Assembly: GCA_963836095.1 (NCBI GenBank)
Contig: CAWIHU010000009.1
Coordinates: 31,218 to 95,217 of the forward strand
Length of the DNA: 64,000 bases
Source of the DNA: an uncultured Pseudomonadota bacterium
Lineage (GTDB): Bacteria; Pseudomonadota; Alphaproteobacteria; Rhizobiales; Xanthobacteraceae
Reading direction: 5' to 3'
Shown: one piece after another, positions 1-10,078 of the stretch
Position numbering within the stretch: the stretch's first letter is position 1
How the letters are laid out: each line of letters starts with the position of its first letter
Notes under the pieces: model-generated
The model's database searches: none
What the model saw: the letters and a program-made list of their open reading frames with translations, nothing else
Told to the model about the DNA's origin: nothing
Position numbers and translations under genes: made by a program

Positions 1-338
1 TCGACACGCTGCGCCAGGCCGTCGCCAAGGTGCTGCAAGGCGAAGTGTGGACGCCGCCCGACGTCGACCTCGCCCGCCCCGCCGACGCCGAGACCGCCGC
101 GATGATCGCGCGACTCGCCACGCTGACGCCGCAGCAGGTCCGCGTCCTGATGATGCTGTCGGCGGGCCTCCTCAACAAGCAGATCGCCTACGAACTCGGC
201 GTGTCGGAGGCGACCGTCAAGGCCCACGTCTCCGCCATCCTGCAAAAACTCGGCGTCGAAAGCCGCACCCAGGCCGTCATCGCCGCCGGCAAGATCGAAA
301 CCGGGCAGTGGCCGCAGGTGCCGGCGCGGGGGGCGTGA
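1..338 (+). CDS. Response regulator, LuxR/FixJ (GerE) family, C-terminal part; 5' end lies outside the window
   Basis: Frame 3 is open from the window edge to the stop at 336-338. The translation shows the end of a receiver domain (DTLRQAVAKVLQGEVW). It then shows a GerE/LuxR helix-turn-helix (LTPQQVRVLMMLSAGLLNKQIAYELGVSEATVKAHVSAILQKLGV). Confidence 0.8.
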   Translation, partial: DTLRQAVAKVLQGEVWTPPDVDLARPADAETAAMIARLATLTPQQVRVLMMLSAGLLNKQIAYELGVSEATVKAHVSAILQKLGVESRTQAVIAAGKIETGQWPQVPARGA

Positions 339-573
339 GTGCGGTGGAGGAGGCGATGATCATCGCCTGTGATCGCCCTGCCGGCCGCGCCGCATCTTTT
401 CGAAGTCTGCCGACCCGACCGGCGGCGGCCAGGGCCGCGATGGCCTCCTTTTGCCGATGCCGTTCCACCAGATGACGCAGTGCTTCCTCAACGGTCGCTT
501 TTTTGGTCCGCAGCCCCGACGCGGCTATCGCTTCCGCCAACAGTTTTTCGTCGATCTCGATATTGGTCCGCAT
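277..573 (-). CDS. VapB-type (DUF2191-like) type II antitoxin, orphan; C-terminus doubtful
   Basis: ATG at 573. The N-terminus MRTNIEIDEKLLAEAIAASGLRTKKATVEEALRHLVERHRQKEAI is a canonical VapB/DUF2191 start. No PIN/VapC ORF follows. The ORF tail is Ala/Pro/Arg-rich and overlaps the convergent regulator by about 60 bp. The +1 frame instead gives ...VGSADFEKMRRGRQGDHRR* ending near 357. Confidence 0.55.
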   Translation of the reverse strand: MRTNIEIDEKLLAEAIAASGLRTKKATVEEALRHLVERHRQKEAIAALAAAGRVGRLRKDAARPAGRSQAMIIASSTALTPPAPAPAATARFRSCRRR

Positions 574-645
574 GGTGCGATTCCGATGGCTACATTGGAG
601 GACGCACGGGCAATAATATGCGATGCGCTTTTCGATGCACGACAC

Positions 646-3600
646 TCACTCCGCCGCGACACGCTGCACCCGCCATTGCGTCACCAATACCCGCAGCGAC
701 GCGGGTTTGATCGGCTTGTTGAGGAGGTGCGCGCCGGCGGCGCGGGCTTTTTCGCGGACGTTGACCGAGCGGTCGGCGGTGATGAGGATGGCGGGGAGTT
801 CGGCGCGGAAGCGGCGGCGCAGTTCGGCGATGGCGGCGAGGCCGTCGCCGCCGTCGAGGTGATAGTCGACCAGCAGGCCGTCGGGCTCGGCGCCGCGCGC
901 CTCGACGGCCGCGAGCGCCGCGGTCAGATCGGGCGCGGTGATGACGCGGCAGCCCCAGCCGCCCAGCAGCGTTTCCATGCCGGTGAGGATGCTCGGCTCG
1001 TTGTCGATGCAGAGAACGCAGGTGCCGGCGAGCTTGCCGGGCGCGACCTTGGCGGCGGGGTGGATGGCCGGCCGGCCGACCGGGGTGACGGCGCGCGGCA
1101 CTTCGACCGAAAACCGCGAGCCGCGGCCGACCGCCGACTTCACCGTCACCTCGCAATCGAGCACGCGGCCGATGCGCTCCACGATCGAGAGGCCGAGGCC
1201 GACGCCGCGCGCGACCCGCGCGCCCTGGTCGAGGCGGTGAAATTCCTTGAACACGGCGCGCCGCTTGGCGTGGGGAATGCCGATGCCGGTGTCGTAGACG
1301 TCGATGCGCAGCTGCGCGCCGCGCCGCCGGCAGCCGACCAGCACGCGGCCGGTCTGGGTGTATTTGATGGCGTTGGAGACGAGGTTCTGCAGGAGCCGCC
1401 GCAGCAGCCGACGGTCGGAGCGCACCGCGAGCGAACACGGCATGAATTCGAGCGCGAGACCTTTCTCCCGCGCCAGCGGCGCGAATTCAACGTCGAGCCG
1501 CGCCAGCAATTCGTCGATGCGGAAATCCGCGATCTCCGGCTGCATGGCGCCGGTGTCGAGCCGGGAAATGTCGAGCAGCGCGGCGAAGATTTCCTCCACC
1601 GCCTCGAGCGAGGCGTCGACGTTGCGCACGAGGTCGCCGTCCTCGCCGCCGCCCTGGCGTTCGATCAGGCTGGTGACGTAAAGCCGCGCGGCGTTGAGCG
1701 GCTGCAGAATGTCGTGGCTCGCGGCGGCGACGAAGCGGGTCTTGGAGACGTTGGCGTCGTCGGCCTCCGCCTTGGCGCGCTCGAGCTCGGCATTGAGCCT
1801 GGTCAGTTCGCGGGTGCGCTCGCGTACGCGGCGCTCCAGCGTGGCGTTGGCGCGTTCCAGCGCCTCGGCCGACTTCACGCTCGGCGTGATGTCGGTGAAG
1901 GTGGTGACCAGGCCGCCGTCGGGCATGCGGTTCGAGCGCACCTCGATGACGAGGCCGCGCTCGGCGAAGCGTTCCAGGAACGGTTCCGCCGGCGAGGTGT
2001 AGAAGCCGATGCGTTCGGCGACGGCTTCATCGAGGCCTTTGGTGTCGCGCACGCTGCGCCGCGCGATGTGGCGGAGAATTTCGTCGAGCGCGATGCCGAT
2101 GCGGGTCAGGCCGTGCGGCAGATCGAAGATTTCGCCGAATTGCCGGTTCCAGCAGACCAGGGAAAGGTCCTTGTCGAACACGGCGATGCCTTGGCGCACG
2201 TGATCGAGCGCGGTCTGCAGGATTTCGCGGTTGTAGTGGATCGCGGCGTTGGCGTCGTCGAGGAGCTTGAGCGCGGCCTTGGTCGACACCGTGCGCTGGC
2301 GCAGCAGGAGCGACAGCACGAGCCGCGACGACGCCGCGCCGATCGCCGACGCCAACAGATATTCGCCGTATTGCAGCAGCTGGAAGTCGGCCTCGGCCTG
2401 CGGCTCGAGGCTGATGCGTCGCGACGCGGCGAAGCTCACGAACGATTCGCGGGTGCGCTCCTCGCCGAGATAGCGGGCGATGGTGGCGGTCAATTCCTCG
2501 ATGGTGACCGCGGCGCGGCGCAGCCGGAAGCTCGGCGCGATCGGGGCGAGCGTCGATGGCACGAACACGTCCGCCTGCACGCGCTCGATCGCGGTCGGGC
2601 GCCGGACGAACGCGCCGCCGATAAAAAGCGCCAAATTGACGGACAGGCTGAGCAGGACGCCGTGCACCAGCGGCGGCAGATCGACGCCGAACAGCGCTTG
2701 CGGCCGCAGCAGCGCGAGGCCGAACGGCCCGTCGGTCAGGATGCGCGCGCCGATCATGCCGGCGTCCGAGACGCTCGGCAGGAGCAGCGTATAGCCCCAC
2801 ACCAGAATGCCGCCGGTCATGCCGGCGATGGCGCCGAGCGCGGTGCCGCGCCGCCAGATCAGACCGCCGAAAAACGCCGGCGCGAATTGCGCGATGGCGG
2901 CAAACGACAGAAAGCCGATCGAGGCGAGCTGCGCCGCGCCGGCCGAGCGGTAATAGACATAGGCGAACAACAAAATGGCGAAGATGGCGATGCGGCGGAT
3001 GGTGAGGAGCTCGGCGCCGGCGTCGGTCGGCTTTTCCATCAGCCGCGCCTGGCGCTTGAGCACCAGCGGCATCACGATGTCGTTCGACACCATGATGGCG
3101 AGCGCCACCGATTCCATGATCACCATGGCGGTCGCCGCCGACAGGCCGCCGACGAACGCGATGAGCGCGAAGATTTCCGAGTGCGCCTTGAGCGGCAGCG
3201 CGAGCACGAACATGTCGCCGTCGGCGCCGCCCGACGGAAACGTCAGCAGTCCGGCGATCGCGATCGGCGACCACGAACAGATTGATCAGCACCAGATACA
3301 GCGGGAACATCCAGGCGGCGCGGCGGATTTCGATCTCGCCGTGATTTTCCACCACGGCGACGTGGAACTGGCGCGGCAGCAGCAGAATGGCGAACAGCGA
3401 CAGCACGGTCATGGCGACGAACGCCATCAGCGGCGGCACTTGCGTCAGCGGCGCGGCGGTGCGCGGCTGCGCCAAAGCTTGCGCGAACAGGTCCAACGGC
3501 CCGGGGAACAGCACGAAGGTGACGAAGACGCCGACGGCGAGAAACGCCACCAGCTTGACGATCGACTCGGTCGCGATCGCCAGCATCAGGCCGTCCTGGT

Positions 3601-4165
3601 GCTCGGTGGCGTCGGTGTGGCGCGTGCCGAACAGCACGGCGAACGCCGCCATCAGCATGGCGACGAACAGCGCGATGTCGCCGAGCAGCGGCCGCGCCGC
3701 GGCGTTGCCGGCGACGGTCTCGGCCAGGATGGTCTCGACCGACCACGACACCGCTTTGAGCTGCAGCGCGATGTAGGGGATCATGCCGACGATGGCGATC
3801 GTCGCCACCGTCGCCGCGACCGCCTGGCTCTTGCCGTAGCGCGCGGCGATGAAGTCGGCGATCGAGGTGATGTTCTGGCCCTTGGCGAGCCGCACGATGC
3901 GGATGATGAGCGGGTAGAACAGGCCGACCATCAGCACCGGCCCGATATAGATGGTCAGAAAGTCGAAGCCGGTGCGCGAGGCGACCCCGACCGAGCCGAA
4001 GAACGTCCACGACGTGCAATAGATCGCGAGCGAGAGCGGATAGATCAGCAGCCGCGCGCGGCTGCTGCCCAGGATCTCGCGCCTGCGGTCGCCGTAGCTC
4101 GCTACCAGAAACAAAAATCCGATATAGGCGAAGGCGACGGCGACAACGACCCAGCCTTGCAGCAT
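646..4165 (-). pseudogene. Hybrid sensor histidine kinase/response regulator with N-terminal sodium:solute-symporter (SSS/SLC5) domain (CrbS/MxtR-like), split by one +1 frameshift as sequenced
   Basis: Two ORF fragments. Fragment 2027..4165 gives about 300 aa of multi-TM SSS domain before turning into Arg-rich off-frame text. Fragment 646..3213 carries the rest of the SSS domain, a PAS region, the H-box (FVAAASHDILQPLNAARLY), an HATPase (DTGIGIPHAKRRAVFKEFHRLD) and a C-terminal receiver (LLVDYHLDGGDGLAAI...ILITAD). The junction LYLVLINLFVV|PIAIAGLLTFPSGGADGDMFVL is restored by removing one base near 3268. Confidence 0.85.
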
Positions 4166-4499
4166 GAAGCGTCCTGCCTCGGCAAGCTTGCTGACTTGAA
4201 CCCCTGGCGCCTTTGGCGCCGCCGGGGGTGTGATTTTGCTTCAGGTCACCATAGTTCGGCGGGCGTGTCCATCGGGGTCCTGCACCGCGATACTCCCGAA
4301 CGTGAACGCCGACGCCGGCGACGCATGATGCGGCGCGGCGTTCGCCCGCTTCGCCTGCGGCGCTTTGCGCGTAACAAAAACGACGATTATTAGTTCGCGG
4401 CCACCTGCGTACCTCAGCGTGTACGCAGTCGATGTTATTTTGTTTCTCGCAAATCAATTTCGATCGCGCGGCGGAACGGTGCGGCGATATGGTGCGGCG

Positions 4500-5105
4500 A
4501 TGAACGAAGTCTTCGTTGTCGACGACGACGCGACGGTATCGGACGCGCTGTCGCTCATTCTCACCGGCGAAGGCTACCACGTCACCAGTTTCGCCGAAGG
4601 CGAATCGTTTCTCAGCGCGGCGCGGGGACACACGCCCGGCTGCGTGCTGCTCGACATGCATCTGCCCGGCTGTTCGGGCCTCGACGTGCTCAAAGAGCTC
4701 ACCGCGCAGCATTACCCGGCGCCGATCCTGGTCATTTCCGGCCAGGGCGACATCCCGACCGCGATCGACGCGATCCGCAACGGCGCGCTCGACTTCATCG
4801 AAAAGCCGTTCGACATCGCCACGGTGGCGACGCGGGTGCGCGAGGCGATCCACGCCTGGCAGACCAACAAGACCGACGAGGACGCGCTGGTCGGCGACTT
4901 TCCCGGCCGCGAGCGGCTCACCGCGCGCGAACGCGAGGTGCTCGACCGCATCGCGCAAGGCGCCTCCAACAAGGAGGCCGGGCGGCAGCTCGGCATCAGT
5001 CCGCGCACCATCGAGGTGCATCGCGCGCGCATCATGGAGAAGCTCGCGGCGAAGAATGCGGCGGATCTGATGCGGATTGTGCTGCGGGGAAAGCGGGGGC
5101 ATTGA
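4500..5105 (+). CDS. Two-component response regulator, FixJ/LuxR family
   Basis: ATG at 4500 (MNEVFVVDDDATVSDALSLIL). Receiver domain with DMHLPGCSG, followed by a GerE helix-turn-helix (LTAREREVLDRIAQGASNKEAGRQLGISPRTIEVHRARIMEKL). Divergent from the hybrid kinase. Confidence 0.9.
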   Translation: MNEVFVVDDDATVSDALSLILTGEGYHVTSFAEGESFLSAARGHTPGCVLLDMHLPGCSGLDVLKELTAQHYPAPILVISGQGDIPTAIDAIRNGALDFIEKPFDIATVATRVREAIHAWQTNKTDEDALVGDFPGRERLTAREREVLDRIAQGASNKEAGRQLGISPRTIEVHRARIMEKLAAKNAADLMRIVLRGKRGH

Positions 5106-5340
5106 GGCGGGTGCCCGCCCAAGCTTCATCGTAACGTCGGCTGCTTTTTTGCAGCTGAAAGTTCTTAAATCGGACGGCTGCGGTCTGCCGTGCGCTTTAA
5201 GGACAGGTCCGCCTCGCCGCATTTTCAAATTAACGTCGCTAAACGGTTGGTCAGATGCGCGGCCGCCCCATTTTTTCATACGTACCACCCGCGACGGTCA
5301 TTTGACGGCGACCCCGGCTGCGGGCATTCATGGCCCGTCG

Positions 5341-6417
5341 ATGTCGCCCTTCATTCCGCCATTGCCGCCGCTGCGTTCGCTCCTCGCCTACGCCGAAACG
5401 CTGGCCATCGCGCTCGCCGGCGGGGTGACCTTCACGCTGCTCGGATTTCCCGCCGGGCTCGTGTCCGGCGCGGTGCTGGCGGTGGCTGCTGCGGCGCTGC
5501 TGCGGCGGCCGATGAAGGTACCGCTGCCGCTTGCCCGCGTCGGCTACGTCGTCGTCGGCATCATGCTCGGCAGCGTGGTGACGCCGCAGACGCTCAAGGG
5601 CGTGGTGACCTGGCCGGTCAGTGTCGGGCTCCTGATGATCGCCGCCGTCGGCATGATCGTGGCGACCACGAGCTATCTGCGCGTGGTGCACCGCTGGGAT
5701 CTCTTGTCGGCGTTGATGGGTTCGAGCCCGGGCTCGATGGTCCAGGTGATCGCGCTGTCGACCGAGCTCGGCGCCGACCTGCGCGCGATCGCGATCGTGC
5801 AGACGCTGCGGGTGCTGCTCCTGACTACCGGCATTCCGGCCGTGCTCGCTTTGTTCGGGCTGGTCGCGCCGGCCGTGCAAATGACGCACGGGGCGGGCGG
5901 CGGCTCGCTGGGGCAGCTCGTTATTCTGGTCGGCGTCTCGAGCGTCGTCGCCGCCGCGCTGGCCCGGCTGCGCTTCCCCGGCGGGCTCATCTTCGGCGCC
6001 ATGGCGGGCTCGGGCTTGCTGCACGGTACCGGATGGGTCACCGCGATGTTGCCGTGGTGGCTCGGCAGCGCCGCGGTATTGGTGCTCGGGTCCGTGGTCG
6101 GGGCGCGGTTCGCCAACACCACGTTCTGGGTGCTGATCGGCTATCTCGGCGCCGGGTTCGGCTCGTTCGCCGTGTCGCTCTCGGTCGCCGGGCTGTTCAT
6201 GCTGATCGTGATCTATTTTTTCCCGTTCCCGATCGCCAATGTGGTGGTGGCGTTCTCGCCGGGCGCGCAGGACACGATGATGGTTTTGGCGCTCGCGCTG
6301 CATCTCGACCCCGTCTATGTCGGTGCCCATCACGTCGCACGTTTTCTCGTCGTGACTTTCTCGATCGCGATCGCCGCGCGGCGCATCGCGCGCGAGAAGG
6401 CGCAAGCGGTCAAATAA
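5341..6417 (+). CDS. AbrB-family (AbrB_dup, putative ammonia-monooxygenase-like) integral membrane protein
   Basis: ATG at 5341 (MSPFIPPLPPLRSLLAYAETLAIALAGG). About 358 aa, highly hydrophobic, with an internally duplicated membrane architecture (LMGSSPGSMVQVIALSTELGAD... and ...FSPGAQDTMMVLAL). Confidence 0.7.
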   Translation: MSPFIPPLPPLRSLLAYAETLAIALAGGVTFTLLGFPAGLVSGAVLAVAAAALLRRPMKVPLPLARVGYVVVGIMLGSVVTPQTLKGVVTWPVSVGLLMIAAVGMIVATTSYLRVVHRWDLLSALMGSSPGSMVQVIALSTELGADLRAIAIVQTLRVLLLTTGIPAVLALFGLVAPAVQMTHGAGGGSLGQLVILVGVSSVVAAALARLRFPGGLIFGAMAGSGLLHGTGWVTAMLPWWLGSAAVLVLGSVVGARFANTTFWVLIGYLGAGFGSFAVSLSVAGLFMLIVIYFFPFPIANVVVAFSPGAQDTMMVLALALHLDPVYVGAHHVARFLVVTFSIAIAARRIAREKAQAVK

Positions 6418-6423
6418 CGAGCG

Positions 6424-7653
6424 CTACTCCGCCGCGAGCGCGCGGGTCTTGAACGGCAGGCCGAGCTTGTGCCAAACGTCGACCAGGGCTTCGGCCAGGC
6501 GGTCGATCAGCACGTCGTCGTGATAGGGCGACGGCGTGATGCGCAGCCGTTCGGCGCCCTTCGGCACCGTCGGGTAATTGATCGGCTGGATGTAGATGGC
6601 GTGCTCCTCGAGCAGGAGATCGCTCGCCGCCTTGCACAGTTCGGGGTCGCCGACGAACACCGGGACGATGTGGGTGTCGCTCATCATGACCGGCAATCCG
6701 GCGGCGGCGAGCACGGCTTTGGTGCGCGCGGCGCGGTCCTGATGGCGGTCGCGTTCCCATTGCGAGGCTTTTAGGTGCCGGATCGCCGCGGTCGCCGCGG
6801 CGCATACCGCGGGCGGCAGCGCGGTGGTGAAGATGAAGCCCGGCGCATAGGAGCGCACGGCGTCGATCAGGGCGCGGCTGCCGGCGATATAGCCGCCGAT
6901 GCAGCCGAACGCCTTGGCCAAGGTCGCCTCGATCACGTCGACGCGGTCCATCACGCCGTCGCGCGCGGCAACGCCGGCGCCGCGCGGGCCGTACATGCCG
7001 ACGGCATGGACCTCGTCGACATAGGTCATGGCGCCGTAGCGCGCGGCGAGATCGCAGATCGCCTCGACCGGCGCGACGTCGCCGTCCATCGAATACAGGC
7101 TCTCGAACACGATCAGCTTGGGCCGCGCCGGATCGGCCGCAGCCAACAGCTCTTCGAGATGGGCGACGTCGTTGTGGCGGAAAATCTTCTTCTCGCAGGT
7201 CGACTGGCGCACGCCCTCGATCATCGAATTGTGGTTGAGCGCATCCGACAGGATGAGGCAGTTCGGCATCAGCTTGGCGAGCGTCGCGATGCCGGTCTCG
7301 TTGGAGACGTAGCCGGAGGTGAAGACGAGCGCCGCCTCCTTCTGGTGCAGGTCGGCAAGCTCGCGCTCGAGCTCGACCAGCGGATGGTTGGTGCCGGCGA
7401 TGTTGCGCGTGCCGCCAGCGCCGGTTCCCATCCGCGCCGCGGTGTCGACCATGGCGCCGATCACCTTGGGGTGCTGACCCATGCCGAGATAGTCGTTCGA
7501 GCACCAGATCGCGACCTCGCGCGGCCCTTGGGGCGAATGCCAGATGGCGTGAGGAAAGCGCCCGGCCAGGCGCTCGAGATCGGCAAACACGCGGTAGCGT
7601 CGCTCGCTGTGCAGACGGGCGAGGGCATCGGTGAAAAAATCGTTGTAATTCAT
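6424..7653 (-). CDS. hemA: 5-aminolevulinate synthase
   Basis: ATG at 7653 ([28 protein letters not shown]). Full-length match to the ALAS pattern, including [10 protein letters not shown]-like [11 protein letters not shown] and the PLP lysine context (LAKAFG). Confidence 0.95.
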   Translation of the reverse strand: MNYNDFFTDALARLHSERRYRVFADLERLAGRFPHAIWHSPQGPREVAIWCSNDYLGMGQHPKVIGAMVDTAARMGTGAGGTRNIAGTNHPLVELERELADLHQKEAALVFTSGYVSNETGIATLAKLMPNCLILSDALNHNSMIEGVRQSTCEKKIFRHNDVAHLEELLAAADPARPKLIVFESLYSMDGDVAPVEAICDLAARYGAMTYVDEVHAVGMYGPRGAGVAARDGVMDRVDVIEATLAKAFGCIGGYIAGSRALIDAVRSYAPGFIFTTALPPAVCAAATAAIRHLKASQWERDRHQDRAARTKAVLAAAGLPVMMSDTHIVPVFVGDPELCKAASDLLLEEHAIYIQPINYPTVPKGAERLRITPSPYHDDVLIDRLAEALVDVWHKLGLPFKTRALAAE

Positions 7654-7771
7654 AGACTTCCCGTCTCCCGGGCTTTCGTCCGCCGAAAACCCACCCGCAG
7701 TCAATGCTTATATTTAGAGCCGTTCCAGCCGCACGTCGAGGCACTAATGAAAGCAAAATCGTCGCGGCGTA

Positions 7772-7785
7772 TTGCGCTGGATCAA
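7772..7785. promoter_or_regulatory. FNR/FixK-type box candidate (TTGCG-N4-ATCAA) in the hemA / oxidoreductase divergent intergenic region
   Basis: The sequence TTGCGCTGGATCAA compares with the consensus TTGAT-N4-ATCAA. It lies about 120 bp upstream of the hemA ATG and about 108 bp upstream of the + strand gene at 7893. Confidence 0.3.
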
Positions 7786-7892
7786 GTCGAACGAATTGCG
7801 CTCGAATGCCCTTTCTTTTGGAAAACCGGTGCCGGCCTTGCCGGAAAATGCTCTAACAACGGCGCGGGACGGCTGCCGACAGGGAGGCGAAG

Positions 7893-8534
7893 ATGAAGGT
7901 GGGAATCCTCGGATCGGGCGTCGTCGCCCAGGCGTTGGCGCAGGGCTTCCTCAAAAAGGGGCACCAAGTCGTTCTCGGCACCCGCGATACGGCGAAGCTG
8001 AAGGACTTTGTGGCGCAACATCCGGGCGCGCAAACGGCGAGCGTCGCCGACGCCGCCAAATTCGGCGAACTGGTCGTGCTCGCGGTCAAGGGCTCGGTCG
8101 CGCTCGATGCGCTCGAGGCCGCCGGCGCCGACAACCTCGCCGGCAAGCCGGTGATCGACGCCACCAACCCCATCGCCGACGCCCCGCCGGTCAACGGCGT
8201 CCTCAGGTTTTTCACCAGCCTCGACAACTCGTTGATGGAGCGCCTGCAGCGCGCCGTTCCCGCGGCGCACTTCGTCAAGGCCTTCAGTTCGGTCGGCAAC
8301 GCCTTCATGGTCGATCCGCAGTTTCCCGGCGGCAAGCCGACGATGTTCATCTGCGGCAATAACGACGCGGCCAAACAGACCGTACGCGGCATTCTCGATC
8401 AGTTCGGCTGGGAGACCGCCGACATGGGCAAGGTCGAGGCCGCGCGCGCCATCGAGCCTCTGTGCATGCTGTGGTGCATTCCGGGCATCGCGCGCAATGA
8501 ATGGAGCCACGCCTTCAAGCTGTTGCGGCGGTGA
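7893..8534 (+). CDS. NADP-dependent oxidoreductase, F420-dependent NADP reductase-like (NAD(P)-binding Rossmann domain)
   Basis: ATG at 7893 preceded by GGGAGG. The N-terminal MKVGILGSGVVAQALAQGFLKKGHQVVLGTR is a GxGxxG dinucleotide fold. 213 aa. Confidence 0.75.
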   Translation: MKVGILGSGVVAQALAQGFLKKGHQVVLGTRDTAKLKDFVAQHPGAQTASVADAAKFGELVVLAVKGSVALDALEAAGADNLAGKPVIDATNPIADAPPVNGVLRFFTSLDNSLMERLQRAVPAAHFVKAFSSVGNAFMVDPQFPGGKPTMFICGNNDAAKQTVRGILDQFGWETADMGKVEAARAIEPLCMLWCIPGIARNEWSHAFKLLRR

Positions 8535-8567
8535 GGCGCCGGCACGCCGTGCCGATGGTCCGTCGCG

Positions 8568-9380
8568 TTACGAGATTCTGGACCGTGACATGTAGCCTGC
8601 AACCGCCACCAGCAACGATGCCGGCGTGAAGCGCGTGGAGATCGCCAGGAGTTTGTTGATCACCCCGGTGACGATCACCGCGCGGCCGGCCTTCATCGCC
8701 GCGTAGCCGAGCCGCGCCACTTCGGCGGCCGACATCACCGGCATGGGACCGTTGAACAAGGCGGTGTTGTCGGCGTGCGCCGTGTGGGCGAATTCGGTCA
8801 CGGTCGGGCCGGGGCACAAGGTCGTGACGGTGACGCCGGTGCGGCGCAATTCGTAGCCGATCGCCTGCCCCAGGCTCAGCACGTAGGCCTTGCTGGCATA
8901 ATAGACCGCCATGCGGGGACCCGGTTGGAACGCGGCGGTCGAAGCGACCAGCATCACGCTGCCGCGCCGCCGCGCCACCATGGCCGGCAGGACGAGGCGC
9001 GTGAGTTCGGTCAGCGCCACGACGTTGACCTGCAGCATCGCTGCGATCCTGCCGGGGTCCAATCGGTCGAACCGGCCACTGTCGCCGAACCCCGCGGCGG
9101 CGATCAGAACATCGAGCGCGATGCCGCGCGCCTCGAGCTCCTGCATCAAGGCCGCGGCCGCGCCGGTTGTCGCGAGGTCGGATGTGATGATGGTGGTCGC
9201 AGCGCCGATCGCCTTGCACTCGTCGGCGAGCGCTTGCATCGGCTCGCGCCGGCGCGCGACGAGCACGAGATCATGGCCGTCCCTTGCCAGTTCCCGCGCC
9301 AGCGCGGCGCCGATGCCGCTCGATGCGCCGGTCACCAATGCGATGGGACGAACTTTTGCAGGCGGCGGCGAATCAGCCAT
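8568..9380 (-). CDS. SDR-family short-chain dehydrogenase/reductase
   Basis: ATG at 9380 (MADSPPPAKVRPIALVTGASSGIGAALAREL). TGxxxGxG motif and catalytic YASKAY motif. Confidence 0.85.
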   Translation of the reverse strand: MADSPPPAKVRPIALVTGASSGIGAALARELARDGHDLVLVARRREPMQALADECKAIGAATTIITSDLATTGAAAALMQELEARGIALDVLIAAAGFGDSGRFDRLDPGRIAAMLQVNVVALTELTRLVLPAMVARRRGSVMLVASTAAFQPGPRMAVYYASKAYVLSLGQAIGYELRRTGVTVTTLCPGPTVTEFAHTAHADNTALFNGPMPVMSAAEVARLGYAAMKAGRAVIVTGVINKLLAISTRFTPASLLVAVAGYMSRSRIS

Positions 9381-9526
9381 GGCGAAGCATCTTTCTGCAA
9401 TTCGTCCCCGCGGCGACGGTTGCCGCCGCAGCATCTTTGACCGCGATCAAAGCGCCCGACGCGATTGGCGCCGATGCATTGGAGCCTCATGTCAGCTTAG
9501 CACGGTCGGTAGAAGGGGAGCATGGC

Positions 9527-9913
9527 ATGCAAACGTCGCTTTTCATCGCGCGGCTGTTGGGACCGATGTTCGTCGTCCTCGGCATTGCTTTGCCGCTGCG
9601 GCAGCAGATGTTTCGTTCCATCCTGGACGAATTCATCCGCAGCGGGGTGTTGATGTATCTGGCGGGGTTCTTCGGGTTGCTTGGCGGCATCGCGCTGGTG
9701 TTGACGCATAATCTTTGGGTGCCGGACTGGCGCATCATCATCACGCTGATCGGCTGGGTGACGCTCGTTCGCGCGCTGATCACGATCTTTCAGCCGCGAT
9801 GGATGGTCGCCGCCGGCACGGCAATTCTCGATCGCCGCGGAGTTTTCCTCGTCGCGGCGGTGTTTAACCTCGTCATCGGCCTAGTGCTGAGCTATTTCGG
9901 CTATGTGACGTAG
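9527..9913 (+). CDS. Small integral membrane protein of unknown function (about 4 TM)
   Basis: ATG at 9527 preceded by GAAGGGGAG. The 128-aa hydrophobic protein begins MQTSLFIARLLGPMFVVLGIAL. GC-rich third codon positions. Confidence 0.6.
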   Translation: MQTSLFIARLLGPMFVVLGIALPLRQQMFRSILDEFIRSGVLMYLAGFFGLLGGIALVLTHNLWVPDWRIIITLIGWVTLVRALITIFQPRWMVAAGTAILDRRGVFLVAAVFNLVIGLVLSYFGYVT

Positions 9914-9917
9914 CGCA

Positions 9918-9992
<75 letters not shown>

Positions 9993-10078
9993 AGCTCTTT
10001 CGGCGACGCGTACGACGCTCGAGAAAGGCGCGGCGATCCTTGCCACAGGGCGGGGTATCGGCGCAAGCGCCAAGGGCT

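Noticed and set aside
451-3285. 944-aa ORF on the + strand, the longest ORF in this region
   Set aside because: It lies antisense to the SSS-hybrid kinase. The translation is Arg/Ala/Gly/Asp-rich low-complexity text with no recognisable domain. This is the usual shadow ORF of a GC-rich gene, where stop codons are rare on the opposite strand.
7713-7729. Irr/ICE-like iron-control element (TTTAGAGCCGTTCCAGC) upstream of hemA
   Set aside because: Only the left half resembles TTTAGAA-N3-TTCTAAA, and the right half is degenerate. The match is too weak to call without a scoring matrix.
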